63,435 nucleotides of DNA, filler included, from Octopus bimaculoides (GCF_001194135.2; 4 parts of 4 records of this genome joined end to end with filler, not necessarily neighbours in it); one strand, 5' to 3'. Positions 1 through 11,819 are shown, numbered from the whole stretch's first letter. The notes: generated from the sequence alone by a model not told the origin. Numbers and translations: made by a program.

Positions 1-142
1 AACAGCACTGCTTGAATACTCCGGATGGTGCTCGAAAAATAAGGGGTGTTACCTTAGTTCACTGGTAGTGAACAGCTGGCACGGTAGTACATCTCTAGTA
101 ATAGAAGCTGTACAAAGACAATAACTAATAATAATAATAGAT

Positions 143-420
143 GCAGTACCAGGCAGTGGCTCTCATGACTTTTTGATCTTAACTGATTGGAAGTGTTATT
201 ATGTACATTGCTTTGTATTGGTATATAAGATGGGCTACAGTAAATATTCTGCTCAATACCACAGATTTGCTTGTCAGTTGTTTGACCATAACCAGTTGAG
301 CATGTCCCTTGGTGGCTGACAATATGTGCATCTTTGATCACCAGCAAAAGCAGTAGTGGGGGAGCATCATAGCTATGTGTTGAGGGGAATTCTTTGGCCA
401 AATTTGGACATACGACAGTT
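143..420. repeat. Unclassified interspersed repeat (family also at ~470-643, ~28950-29290 reversed, ~43795-44030, ~48580-48900)
   Basis: Shared block ...accacagatttgcttgtcagttgtttgacc(a/t)taaccagttgagcatgtcccttggtggctgac... recurs five times in the window. Confidence 0.8.
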
Positions 421-1580
421 TAATAGCAATGATATATATATATATATATATATATATANNNNNNNNNNCTCATGACTTTTTGATCTTAACTGATTGGAAG
501 TGTTATTATGTACATTGCCTTGTATTGGTATATAAGATGGACTACAGTAAATATTCTGCTCAATACCACAGATTTGCTTGTCAGTTGTTTGACCATAACC
601 AGTTGAGCATGTCCCTTGGTGGCTGACAATATGTGCATCTTTGNNNNNNNNNNNNNNNNNNNNNNNNNNNNNNNNNNNNNNNNNNNNNNNNNNNNNNNNN
701 NNNNNNNNNNNNGTTTAATAGCAATGATATATATATATATATATATATATATAGTTTTAGAGAAAAAAAACCATGGTTCATGAACTCATCGATGAAAATC
801 CACACAATAAATAAGTATAATATAATAGAAAGTAAATATCATAAGATAATGATGATAAAACGACTACTCATGTTTTATAACCAATTTTCAAATAGAAATA
901 ATATTTAAATCAATTAAAACTATCGAAAATCTATTCTATTCAAAAATATAGCTAATCTTCAGGTCAAAATACAAGAATAATAATAATAATAAAAGAATGT
1001 ATATATATCAACCAACAATACATAACAAATGAATGTATATAAAATACTTATTATATTAAGATAGAAAAATATTATTAAAAATATCAAAATTATAAACATT
1101 CTATAATTAACCCTACGTCCATTATAATACAAGCTAACAGGAATATTATATGCAAAAACCAACTGTAACAAATTTTTCGTTTAAAATACAATTCGAACGA
1201 AGTTTTAGGTTAAAATAATAAAGATAGAATTAGCACATATCTAAACGATGCAATCGTTTAAACTAAAAGATTTTAGACTAAAACGTTTATTTAAAAAAAG
1301 TCTCATGAAAATATTGCGTAAAGAAAAGGAATAGAATAAATAGATATAAAAACATGAATGAAAATGTTATCATGAATGAAAGATTAAACTTTATATAACT
1401 TAAGTCATAATAAAACAATTAACTATATATATACATGCATACGTATATACACACAAACACGCACACATATAAAATGCTTCTAAGTACAATACACTTTAGA
1501 TATTTGTACACAAATAACAACATGCAACTGATATATTGGGTATCCATGTGTCATTCCTTTACTTTTAAGGTAGTAGTGTG

Positions 1581-1648
1581 TTATTTGAGAGATTCAACTG
1601 CTATTTCTACCAGGTTGAACAACAGCATACACCACTGCTCATTGACTT
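1581..1648 (-). CDS. Unidentified gene, terminal coding exon (E)VNEQWCMLLFNLVEIAVESLK*
   Basis: Acceptor ttttcttatAG, phase 1 matches the upstream exon, open frame to TAA at 1581-1583. Confidence 0.7.
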
Positions 1649-1893
1649 CTATAAGAAAATAAGTATACTGTGTTCTTTAGTTTGTTTTAATTGTCATGGT
1701 TAAAGCTATGCTAGAGCACTGCTTTTATGTAAGTGGATATGTTTATCACACTAAAATACTGTTCATGTTGAAAGGTATGTTCCACAAAAATTATGCTACT
1801 CTGCAAGCAGAAGGAGCATTGTGGTATCAACAAGTGTTTCATTAACTGTTTTAGCAATACTTCCAAGTCATCTAAAACAATTATGAAGTAGAT

Positions 1894-2188
1894 CAGTATT
1901 TCTCAACCCTTTTTTGCCTGTGGACCCCTTTGATTTCTATTTCACTCAACTGGAGCCTCATACCCATTCAATGTCTAAAAAATCCCATAATATTTTTTTA
2001 TAATTAAATATTATTAGGAATCGTATATAAAAAAATTGTGAAAATATCTTGTGTATTGTAGAAGTTTAACCAATTTATTGCACATAAATATTAACAATAA
2101 AATCTTATTAAAACCCCCAAAGATTGTATGGACCTCCAAAATCATATGAACCCCTAAGGGCCATATGGACACCGATTGAGAAACACAT
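1894..2188. mobile_element. hAT-type MITE
   Basis: Degenerate TIRs cagtatttctcaacc / gattgagaaacac; exact 8-bp TSD AAGTAGAT at 1886-1893 and 2189-2196. Confidence 0.75.
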
Positions 2189-2319
2189 AAGTAGATGATG
2201 AGCAAGCAACTCAACTAAAAGGTATTCTTCTGCTAAAAGGATCCTGAAGTTGGCAAGGTAATCTAAGTCCAATCTCTCTGTAATACTTTTTAATAGTATA
2301 AAGTGGTATCCTTTATCTT

Positions 2320-2710
2320 TTACCTTTTACTTGTTTAAGTCTTTGGAATGTGGCCATGCTGGGGCACTGCTTCGAAAGGTTTAGTTGAACAAATTGACCC
2401 TAATACTTATTTTTTAAAGCCAGGTACTTATTCTATTGGTCTTTATTTCTTTTTCTTTTTAGGAACTGTTAATTTATGGTGACGTAAACAAACACTGAAT
2501 TCCAAGCGACAACGGGGAACAAACACAAACAAACACATACATACACACATATGCATGATGGGCTTCTTTCAGTTTCCATTTACCAAATTCACTCACAAGG
2601 CTTTGGCTGGCCCAATGCTATAGTGGAATAAACTTACCTAAGGTGCCATGTCATGGGATTGAACCCAAGGCTACATGATTGTAAAGCAAGATACTTACCA
2701 CACCACCACA
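2320..2710 (-). mobile_element. tRNA-derived SINE, family A
   Basis: Reverse complement of the family seen at 11150-11550, 42280-42640 and 59130-59750. Confidence 0.75.
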
Positions 2711-2765
2711 CCTACATCTAGAAAACAATAACAACAACGTAAAAACAATGTCCAAAGTTACTTAC

Positions 2766-2868
2766 CATAGACTTGCTCTGAAATTTCGATAATTTCAATA
2801 ACAACATCATGACCGGCTTCCAAAACTTTTCTAGATTCTTCCTTTATTTCCTTGTATCTCTTATGAAT
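2766..2868 (-). CDS. Unidentified gene, internal exon IHKRYKEIKEESRKVLEAGHDVVIEIIEISEQVY
   Basis: ctattttacAG acceptor, G|GTAAG donor, 103 nt, phase 0 to phase 1, open frame. Confidence 0.8.
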
Positions 2869-3619
2869 CTGTAAAATAGTTCAACATACCCAACTATTTG
2901 TTAATTTATAATGGTGGACAACATTTATACTATAATAAAGACAGCTGCTATTTAATTTATTCTCAATATGTAACTTTTACTAAAAGAAAGCAATTATTAA
3001 AGTCTACACTGTCTAGAAAATTCTTTAAAGTTCTAATTTCATGTAACACAATTTTCCCATGGACCAAGGGGATCACACACATAACAAAACACAATGAAGT
3101 GCATAATATAGAATTTAATTATTACATATATAATGATTTCTTTTATTTTATATTATAAAATAAAATATATGTAACAATTAAATTAAACACACAGCTGACT
3201 GTGATAGTCAATAAAATAAAAATAAAATTCAAAAAATTTATTCTTTCTGTAAGGTCCAGTATCAAATAATCCATTGCCCAGTGGTTGAGGACCACTGCAG
3301 TAGGGGCCTCCAAACGAATATATAGACTATTTGCCTTAATCTATCTTGTCTGTCCGAATTGATATATCTCAAAATATTTGCATCCTTTCAAGGTTGATAA
3401 ATTAAATACCAGTTGCATACTGAGGTTGATCTAAAAGACTGGCCCCCTCCACAAAAATTTTGGGCCTTGTGCCTAGAGTAGAAAAGATTCTCTGATAATC
3501 CTTGTGATGGTGTGTATTTTATATTCAGTTTCTTCTGCATATTTTTCAAAATGTTGGCATAGTTTCTCTGTGTATGAAACCTCCAAGTTTATACACTTAT
3601 CATTATCAACTTCAAATAG

Positions 3620-3835
3620 GTTGGCAAGCTGGCAAAATCATTAGCACACTGGACAAAATGTGTTGCAGCATTTTTTTCTAGCTTTGTGTTCAGAGTTCAA
3701 ATTTCACCAAGGTCAACTTTGTCTTTTATCCTTTCAGGATGGATAAAATAAGAACCAGTCAAGCACTGGGGTCAGTGTAATTGACTAAACCACCACCACA
3801 ATTTCAGGCCCCTTGTGCCTAAAGCAGAAAGAATT
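3620..3835 (+). mobile_element. tRNA-derived SINE, family B (CORE-like central domain); partial reversed copy at ~3330-3490
   Basis: ggcaagctggcaaaatcattagcac head; caactttgtcttttatcctttcagg...ataaaataagaaccagt core shared with 14792-15047 and 51810-52050. Confidence 0.7.
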
Positions 3836-4379
3836 ATTATCTTATCAACTTCATTTAAAAAAAAAAAGAAACACACACTGGGAGATATACACACAAAGGC
3901 TTACAAATACAGAAGATCATGAATAGCTAAGTGGGTAAGGCAACTGGTAACCAATTGTGAGATCAGCAGTTCATATGAGGCCATTGGCACTGCATTGTGT
4001 CTATGCCCAGAAAACTTAATTTTCAAATAGCAAAGAACCTTTAGCTGTCAGTGGACAACATGGGACAGGCATGAGGTCATTGCAGCAAGCCATGAAAGCC
4101 AGGTCATTACAGTGCATTGTAATGAGTTACTTGTCTTGGAGAGGCGAGATATGTTACATAATTCTAGTGGGAGATTTGTTCTGACCCGTTTAATGAAACC
4201 TAGAGATAAGCACAATGCCAAGTGGATCTTGTGATTCAGAAAAGATTAGATTTAGATTTACACAAGACTTGCACACGTGCATAGACACAGCATAGATACA
4301 GACACACACACATATATGCACAAATATACACATGCACAAGCTCACATACACACACATACATACCCACAAATACACTTAC

Positions 4380-4475
4380 CTGCATGTAGGAATGCAGAAT
4401 CTTCCGTATAGTTTCACCAACTCCATTGCGTAAGATACTGTAAAGTTGTTTAATCTTCCCGATTAACTTCTCACG
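4380..4475 (-). CDS. Unidentified gene, internal exon REKLIGKIKQLYSILRNGVGETIRKILHSYMQ
   Basis: ttgtgttgtAG acceptor, CAG|GTAAGT donor, 96 nt, phase 0/0. Confidence 0.8.
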
Positions 4476-4561
4476 CTACAACACAACAGGCTGTCAGAGT
4501 TAATAGGTAAAATATGCAAATTAGGAAGCATTATGCAAATCAGACAATATTAATGTCTTAC

Positions 4562-4621
4562 ATAGAGAAAAAGGGCCTGATGTTCATATGGGCAGAAACA
4601 TATGTTATAAGGAAAGCGGAG
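4562..4621 (-). CDS. Unidentified gene, internal exon LRFPYNICFCPYEHQALFLY
   Basis: ttcattttatAG acceptor, TAT|GTAAG donor, 60 nt, phase 0/0. Confidence 0.72.
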
Positions 4622-4993
4622 CTATAAAATGAAATGAGCAACAGGGTTGTTGGATCGACAGTATAACAAACAGCAGTAAAGCCAAGGCTTCATATCTTGT
4701 CACCTCCATTGTCGTTTTTTCTTAATTGTATAAATTCCCAAGTGTAAAATACAAATTTACAAAAAAATTTTCTGAAAATTCCAAAAATAAAAAAGCTATG
4801 AGAAGGTTATGAGAAAGTGCTTCAACCAGAATTCCACTGTTTAGTCAATGTCAACATAGTTAACATAGTTATCATAATTATGCAGGAAGCATTAGGAAGC
4901 CAACAAAAAGTAAATATGAAGAAGGACAGAATAACCAAAAATTAGAATCATAAAAAAAAAATGTTGAAACTGAATCTCATAAATATATATATA

Positions 4994-5214
4994 CATGAGT
5001 ATGTGCTGAAAATTTCCTGGCTTTTGGTAAAAGAAAATACAGCATGATCAGTTAATTGTGATTTTATTGAACATATTTCCCTCTTAGATTCACACACTTA
5101 TTGCAATGGTCCTTTGATTTTTCTAAGCCCCGTAGAAGAACTTGGAAGGTTGGGCCTCCAGCCAGGCCTTTCGCGATACACTTAAAGCTGGGAACTTTTC
5201 AGCACCCTTTCATA
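4994..5214. mobile_element. Mariner-derived MITE
   Basis: TIRs gtgctgaaaatttcctggcttt / aaagctgggaacttttcagcac; minus strand carries a mariner-like C-terminal remnant (KCVNLRGKYVQ*). Confidence 0.7.
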
Positions 5215-5387
5215 TGAGATAGGACATAAAATAGAATAAGCAAAAACAGACTATGGAATGTGATACAGCCCCTTACCCAGATCCTGTCAAACTGTCCAAC
5301 CCATGCCAGCATGGAAAACAGACGTTAAATGATAATGATGATGATGATGATGATGAAAACATGCAGCACAAGTAAGAAAACACATAC

Positions 5388-5770
5388 CAGAGCTAACACA
5401 AACTTCGGTACAGTCCAGTATTTTTTAGGCAATTCCAAGTTAGAAGTAGGATTTAAATCTGTATTTCCAGGACATTTTTCCCTTTTTACTTCAATTGTTC
5501 CAACACCTGTCTGACATTGTTTTCTTCTTGAAGTATCATTAACTGACGAGCTTCCTTTCTGGTTATTTTTATCTTTGTTTTGCTTCCTCTTTCTATTCTT
5601 TCTGTATTTTTTTCTTTTTCTTTTTGACTTTCTAGTATATTTCTCTATACGTTTGTAATGTGGTTTTTCTCCTCGATTTTTCGAATCTGTATCAATGATT
5701 TTTATGTAGATATCGTCTTTTTGTATGATTGAGAGGCAACCATTTTCATTAATGAAGGGATCACAGTCAT
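5388..5770 (-). CDS. Unidentified gene, large internal exon with Lys/Arg-rich segment (DCDPFINENG...KSKRKRKKYRKNRKRKQ...KFVLAL)
   Basis: tttaatttcAG acceptor, CTG|GTATGT donor, 383 nt, phase 1 to 0, lies within ORF 5325-5867. Confidence 0.72.
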
Positions 5771-6012
5771 CTGAAATTAAAAGAATAGAAAAATAAGAAG
5801 ACAGAAGATTTGAATATGGGTTATTTGGTGGGGCTAACACTATTGATGTTCTGTTTGAGAAGAACAATGCTTGAAGGATGGTGGTGGTGGTGGTGGTGGG
5901 TACTTAACAATGTTCTACTGCATGTCACTTTGGGCTTTAAACAAATGTCCCAACCAAAGCTGTGTGAGTGGATTTAGTATGCAGCAATTGAAAGAAGTCC
6001 ATTGTGTATATA

Positions 6013-6180
6013 CAGGGTGCGATGGGTAAATTGTCACCATTTTATATTTTTAATCTTGCACATGGACATTGTTTATTTTTGATTTTGTCAGCTACACAGT
6101 ATAGTAGGATCAACTGGGCACTGTCTGTGAGAAAAACAGCACCATGACGCAATTTACTCTGCCAGAAATTTGGAAACAAT
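6013..6180 (+). mobile_element. 5' end of a Tc1/mariner-superfamily (maT-like) element
   Basis: TA|CAGGGTG terminus followed by ATG and MTQFTLPEIWKQ. Confidence 0.5.
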
Positions 6181-6353
6181 TTAAGGGTGAGAGGACCAAA
6201 AGGCTGTCTATGCTTGCTTGCAGAAATATATGTATCTTAAAAAGAAAAAAAAAAATGCAAAAGCATGGTACATGCTACCAAGTCATAACTGCTTGCAAGT
6301 GACAATGGTGGGTCTTTTTTTTTTTTACTTCTATAACTACTTTGGTAAGTTTG

Positions 6354-6399
6354 AGCTCACTGATGAGGTTGTTATAAAAGTACCAAAACATGTCTAGAC
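6354..6399 (+). ncRNA. Degenerate minimal hammerhead-like motif
   Basis: CTGATGA-GGT...ACC-AAAA(for GAAA)-CATG-TC; palindromic stem III ACATGT. Confidence 0.45.
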
Positions 6400-6759
6400 T
6401 TGTCTCCCATATTAAGTAAAAAAAGAATGAAAATAATATTAGTCATTGTTCTTTTTCCTTCATTACATGCTTATTGCTAGTAAGCTTTCCCTTGCATTCA
6501 TTATTTTAACACTAACTTAATTATTTTGAGTCATTTATAATTAATCATTTGAAATTTGCTGTGACTACTGTACTATTCAGTTAAATATAATTTCGCATCA
6601 GTATTTTACAAATGTATTGATATTGTGGCTCTCTCTAAACTGTGGGCCAATTTCCTAAAGTAATTTGAATAAGTATAAAATAAAACCACTACCCATATAT
6701 ATAATATCACTGACAAAACACATACAGAGTACAAAATCAAATAGAATAACTTAACTTAC

Positions 6760-6771
6760 ACAGCAAATATT
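6760..6771 (-). CDS. Candidate 12-nt microexon of the minus-strand gene
   Basis: U-rich tract...ttattgtgtAG|AATATTTGCTGT|GTAAGT; phase 1/1 fits the acceptor at 5770. Confidence 0.45.
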
Positions 6772-7205
6772 CTACACAATAAACAAAACACTAAAATAAC
6801 ACCAGAAACAAGAAATCAATCCCATAACAATGCAAATTGGACACAGAATGCGAAGACTATCCCTAATAGTCAAAAGACAATGCTTCATTTTCACAAAGGT
6901 ATACCTATTGGTGCAGTAGAAGCTGTTGAAAACAAGTAATAATATACTGTAAAACTATAAAATCTGAAAATGTACCAAGAGCCTGCTTGCTTGCTTGGAG
7001 GTAACATCTCAGTAGATCAAAGGTCCATCAGACCAAAAATGTGAAGAGATTTCACAAGACTGAAGTTTCATGAAACTGAAAGTTACCAAAGATTTTACAA
7101 AAGTTAAACAAGCAAAAGAAGAATCAGTAGAAAGTGTTGGAAAAGTTTCTATGATTATTTTTTGGTCAGGAAAGAAAATGGTGAGGTCTTAAAAACAAGT
7201 ATTTT

Positions 7206-7650
7206 GGTGATCTTTCGATGCTAGGCCAGAATATCGGCCTTTTCCGTAAAAAGTGTCTTCGGCGATCTTTACCAAAGATCGGCCTTTTCCGTAACGATCT
7301 TCACTAGGGTTAGTTTTAGGGTTAGGGTTAGTGTTTAGGGTTAAGGTTAAGAGAGATAGATAGTGGTAAGCAGCAAACAACAAACAAAAAAAAAAACATA
7401 CCTTCTTTCTCTGTCTCTCTCTCCCTCTCTATCTCTCTTAACTCTAACCCTTACCCTAACCCTAACCCTAAACACTAACCCTAACCCTAAAACTATCCCT
7501 AAAACCCTAACCCTGACACTAAAACCCTAACCTTAACACCCTAGTGAAGATCGTGCAGGTGTTATGGAAAAGGCCGATCTTTGGTAAAGATCACCGAAGA
7601 CACTTTTTACGGAAAAGGCCGATATACCGGCCTAGTATCGAAAGATCGCC
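7206..7650. mobile_element. Foldback/MITE with long inverted arms containing TTAGGG-like arrays
   Basis: Arms ~7206-7370 and ~7430-7650 are reverse complements; 8-bp TSD AGTATTTT at 7198-7205 and 7651-7658. Confidence 0.85.
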
Positions 7651-7899
7651 AGTATTTTTAGTGTGATACTAGGAGAATAATGTTTTGGGTATCGTGGAGA
7701 AAATTCATTATAAAACAAATGAATATAGAGGGAATGTATGATAGATTAACGTTAGCCTCTTGATCCAGAGCTGATGTGCATTTCTAAAATTTTGCCTGGT
7801 ATTTGTGGAATTTCAGAATATATGTTCAATCTTGTGATTAGATAATTATTAAAATTGTTGATGTGGAAACATGTCCTTGACAATTCAGGAGTGTATTTA

Positions 7900-8544
7900 T
7901 AAAGAACTCTATAGGAGCAAGTCATGGAATACCATTGAAAGGACTAAGAAGAAAATAGGGAAGGCCAACTCATGGTATGATAGCCACAAATACCAGAGTG
8001 TCATGTTCGTCGACACCACCCTTAGAGGTGAACTGGCGTACCGCTTTAGAAGGGCCCTAGACAAACTTAAGCTAAGAATTAAGGTTGTTGAAAGGTCAGG
8101 CAACCCTATCAAATCCCTAATCGGTAGAACCTACCTTTTTAGTAGAACCCCCTGTACTGATAGGAACTGTACTGTATGTAGATTTAGCCCACAAACAAAC
8201 TGTAAAGCCAGAAATGTAGTTTATAGTATAAGATGTACAGAGGAACGATGCAGTAACAAGATAACAACGTACGTAGGGGAAACAGCACGGAGTATAGGAA
8301 AGCGGATAAATGAACATTGGAGGGAACTTAAGAGAAGAGGTCATTGGTTCTGTACCAGCACGCTGAGCAGGAACACAGGGGCTCACTCAACAACATAGAA
8401 GTTAAAATCTTGTCCACACATAGAACAGATGCAATGCTTAGACAAATTACAGAAGCTACATATATAATAGAAGATAAACCTAGCCTGAATAGGAAACTGG
8501 AATGGAACACTAGCACCCCCCCCCCAAGACACCGCAACATATGA
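7900..8544 (+). mobile_element. 5'-truncated Penelope-like element: RT thumb/Zn-linker plus GIY-YIG endonuclease, frameshifted near 8340
   Basis: PCTDRNCTVC, VVYSIRC...YVGETARSIGKRINEH, then in another frame LYQHAEQEH...LRQITEATYI...PSLNRKLEWN. Confidence 0.9.
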
Positions 8545-8920
8545 TAGAATAAGATCCTCATAAACTGATAACAATATGAACAAAATAAAATACAATACAC
8601 AGATAAACAAATGGAATTAAATAATATATACATTAACAAAATTAAATTATATTAAATACAAAAAAAGAAAGAATAGGAAAAAAATAATAAGTAGGTATAA
8701 ACACATGAACAAATAAATAAAAACAAATTAAACGAACGTGTATAAACAGGGGATACAGATAATACAGGCACTCCCCTTACACACACACGCACTTACTAAA
8801 CATAGACACACATAGGGGGATACGCATGCGCAAATAAAGACACATACAATAGGCATACAAAATACAAAATGGCTGATCGTTAGTAAGGAAAGACACACAA
8901 ATAAGAAAGAAGAAAGCAAA

Positions 8921-8966
8921 GGACCACTGATGAGGTCACAGAAGTGTGACGAAAGAACTCTGGCCG
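8921..8966 (+). ncRNA. Minimal type I hammerhead ribozyme motif in the PLE 3' region
   Basis: CCA-CTGATGA-G-GTCACA(GAAG)TGTGAC-GAAA-GAAC-TC-TGG; intact core, 6-bp stem II, 3-bp stem I. Confidence 0.65.
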
Positions 8967-9329
8967 AAATACGATTAATGTAAAATAAAACTGAAGCAAA
9001 TTAACACCAAATATATAGTGCATGTGTTTTTATTGGCTAAACTGGCAACATGACCATCCCCAAATACAACAATATGAATTTAGTTATTGATATAGTCAAA
9101 CCTTTGGTCTATGGCCACACAGACTCCCAGCGGTCAATATCGACCCCTTTGCCAATCTCTGGGTCAATGAATGATTCCTGATGATTTCATTGACATTGTG
9201 CTTGTCAAGGAATCTTTATGGGAGATAACAGAGGTAGTTTCCAATTATGCTTCTTTGGGTATCTTTTATAGATACCATCTTATCCATTGGATACAGATAA
9301 ATCTGAATCTGCCTGTGCTCTTTGAATGC

Positions 9330-9486
9330 AGAGTAGGTGCAGGCGTGGCTGTGTGATTAGAAGCTTGCTTCCCAACCACATGGTTCTGGGTTTGGTCCCA
9401 CTGTGTGGCACCTTGGGCAAGTGTCTCATATTGGGCCAACCAAAACCTTGTAAGTGGATTTGGTAGACAGAAACTGGTAGAAGCTT

Positions 9487-9490
<4 letters not shown>
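9330..9490 (+). mobile_element. SINE family A head, running into (TG)n and a gap; 3' part probably ~10760-10990
   Basis: ggtgcaggcgtggctgtgtg...ggttctgggtttggtcccactgtgtggcaccttgggcaagtgtct. Confidence 0.75.
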
Positions 9491-9541
<51 letters not shown>

Positions 9542-11149
9542 NNNNNNNNNNNNNNNNNNNNNNNNNNNNNNNNNNNNNNNNNNNNNNNNNNNNNNNNNNN
9601 NNNNNNNNNNNNNNNNNNNNNNNNNNNNNNNNNNNNNNNNNNNNNNNNNNNNNNNNNNNNNNNNNNNNNNNNNNNNNNNNNNNNNNNNNNNNNNNNNNNN
9701 NNNNNNNNNNNNNNNNNNNNNNNNNNNNNNNNNNNNNNNNNNNNNNNNNNNNNNNNNNNNNNNNNNNNNNNNNNNNNNNNNNNNNNNNNNNNNNNNNNNN
9801 NNNNNNNNNNNNNNNNNNNNNNNNNNNNNNNNNNNNNNNNNNNNNNNNNNNNNNNNNNNNNNNNNNNNNNNNNNNNNNNNNNNNNNNNNNNNNNNNNNNN
9901 NNNNNNNNNNNNNNNNNNNNNNNNNNNNNNNNNNNNNNNNNNNNNNNNNNNNNNNNNNNNNNNNNNNNNNNNNNNNNNNNNNNNNNNNNNNNNNNNNNNN
10001 NNNNNNNNNNNNNNNNNNNNNNNNNNNNNNNNNNNNNNNNNNNNNNNNNNNNNNNNNNNNNNNNNNNNNNNNNNNNNNNNNNNNNNNNNNNNNNNNNNNN
10101 NNNNNNNNNNNNNNNNNNNNNNNNNNNNNNNNNNNNNNNNNNNNNNNNNNNNNNNNNNNNNNNNNNNNNNNNNNNNNNNNNNNNNNNNNNNNNNNNNNNN
10201 NNNNNNNNNNNNNNNNNNNNNNNNNNNNNNNNNNNNNNNNNNNNNNNNNNNNNNNNNNNNNNNNNNNNNNNNNNNNNNNNNNNNNNNNNNNNNNNNNNNN
10301 NNNNNNNNNNNNNNNNNNNNNNNNNNNNNNNNNNNNNNNNNNNNNNNNNNNNNNNNNNNNNNNNNNNNNNNNNACACATGTATCACTCACATACACACTT
10401 TTCTTTGTATGACGGCCTGTCTTTGATTATGTTATTATATGTCGCATTCACACTCTCACACAGACATACACTTTAACGCCATAATAAATATCTCTGTTAT
10501 TCATCTAATACGGTTGTGGTCTTTCATTACTGGTCATCTATGTTATCGTCGCATAACATATTTTGTATATCATCTTTGATATATATATTTTTGTGTTCGA
10601 CCGTGTGACACGTTTAAATAAAAGGAGTCCTCTGCTTTTCCATTCGTCACCATTGCTCCTTTTTGAGTTCGCACGGTCGTCCCTTACATATATATATATA
10701 TATATATATGTATGTATACATGTGTTTATATATATGTGTGTATCTATCTATATATATGTATAAATATATATGTATGTGTGTCTGTATTTGTCCTGCACTA
10801 CCACTTGACAACCAGTGTTGGTGTGTTTATATCCCCGTAACTTAGTAGTTCAGCAAGAGACACCAATAGAATAAGAACCAGGCTTTAAAAAAAAATAATT
10901 ACTGGGGTCAATTTATTTGACTAAAAATTTTCCAAGAAGGTGCCCCAGCATGGCTGCAGTATAGTGACTGAAAGAAGTAAAAGATAAAAGATAAGAGATA
11001 AAGCCAGAAAGAAAAAAATACCACAAGGTATTGCCATCCAATGCTCCAGCCAGTTTGCTGCCTTGATCTGAAGCATAATCATGTAATATTGAAGAAGTAC
11101 ACCCAGTCAAATATTGAAATTGTCGGTATGGCTAAAAGGCTAGGCACAG

Positions 11150-11550
11150 ATATGGCCGTGTGGTTAAGATGCTAGGGGTGGGTGTGGCTGTGTTAAGAAG
11201 CTTGCTTGTGTGACACCTTGGGTAGGTGAGTGTCTTCTAAGACAGCCCAGGGCTGACCAAAGCCATGTGGGTGGATTTAGTAAACTGAAAGAAGCCCATC
11301 GTATATATCTATATGTATGTGTGTGTGTGTGTGCATCTTTCTGCCTGTGTTTGTTTCTAAACACTGCTTGCCAACTGGTGCCGGTTTGTTTATGCCCCTG
11401 TTACTTAGCAGTTCAGCAAAAAGTGATTAATAGAATAAGTACCAGGCTTTAAAAAAAAAACAAAAGAAATACTGGGGTCCATTTGTTTGACTAAACCCTT
11501 CAAGGCAGTGCCCCAGCACGGCTGCAGACCAATCAGTGAAACAAGTATAC
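11150..11550 (+). mobile_element. SINE family A, near full length
   Basis: tRNA-like head, (TG)n middle, acttagcagttcagcaaaaagtgattaatagaataagtaccaggc 3' domain. Confidence 0.8.
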
Positions 11551-11819
11551 GTGCTTTCATTTTATGTTTTTAGTGGTTCCATTCGTTGTGCATACATTGA
11601 GTTAAATGCAAACTCATTGAGCTTTTACATGCATATACACACACAGCTTGTTGATTGATCAAGATGTTTCTTCCTACTGGACAGTAGAACAACCCAAAAT
11701 TGAAGAGGGGGAAATCTATTTAGACAGCACTAAACTAACCCTACTGCCTGTCTTCGTTGTCATAACAGACACGCAAACATTCATAATGGACGAGCTTTCT
11801 CTTACCCTCTATCTGTCTG

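Noticed and set aside
6960-7050. NISVDQRSI resembling a piggyBac catalytic motif
   Set aside because: Too short, with no supporting motifs
7300-7540. True telomere or chromosome fusion site
   Set aside because: Repeats are short, degenerate and enclosed in TIR arms with a TSD
9280-10476. Long ORFs spanning N runs (also ~14.2, 20.5, 25.2, 49.2, 51.0 and 57.0 kb)
   Set aside because: Open only because N codons contain no stops
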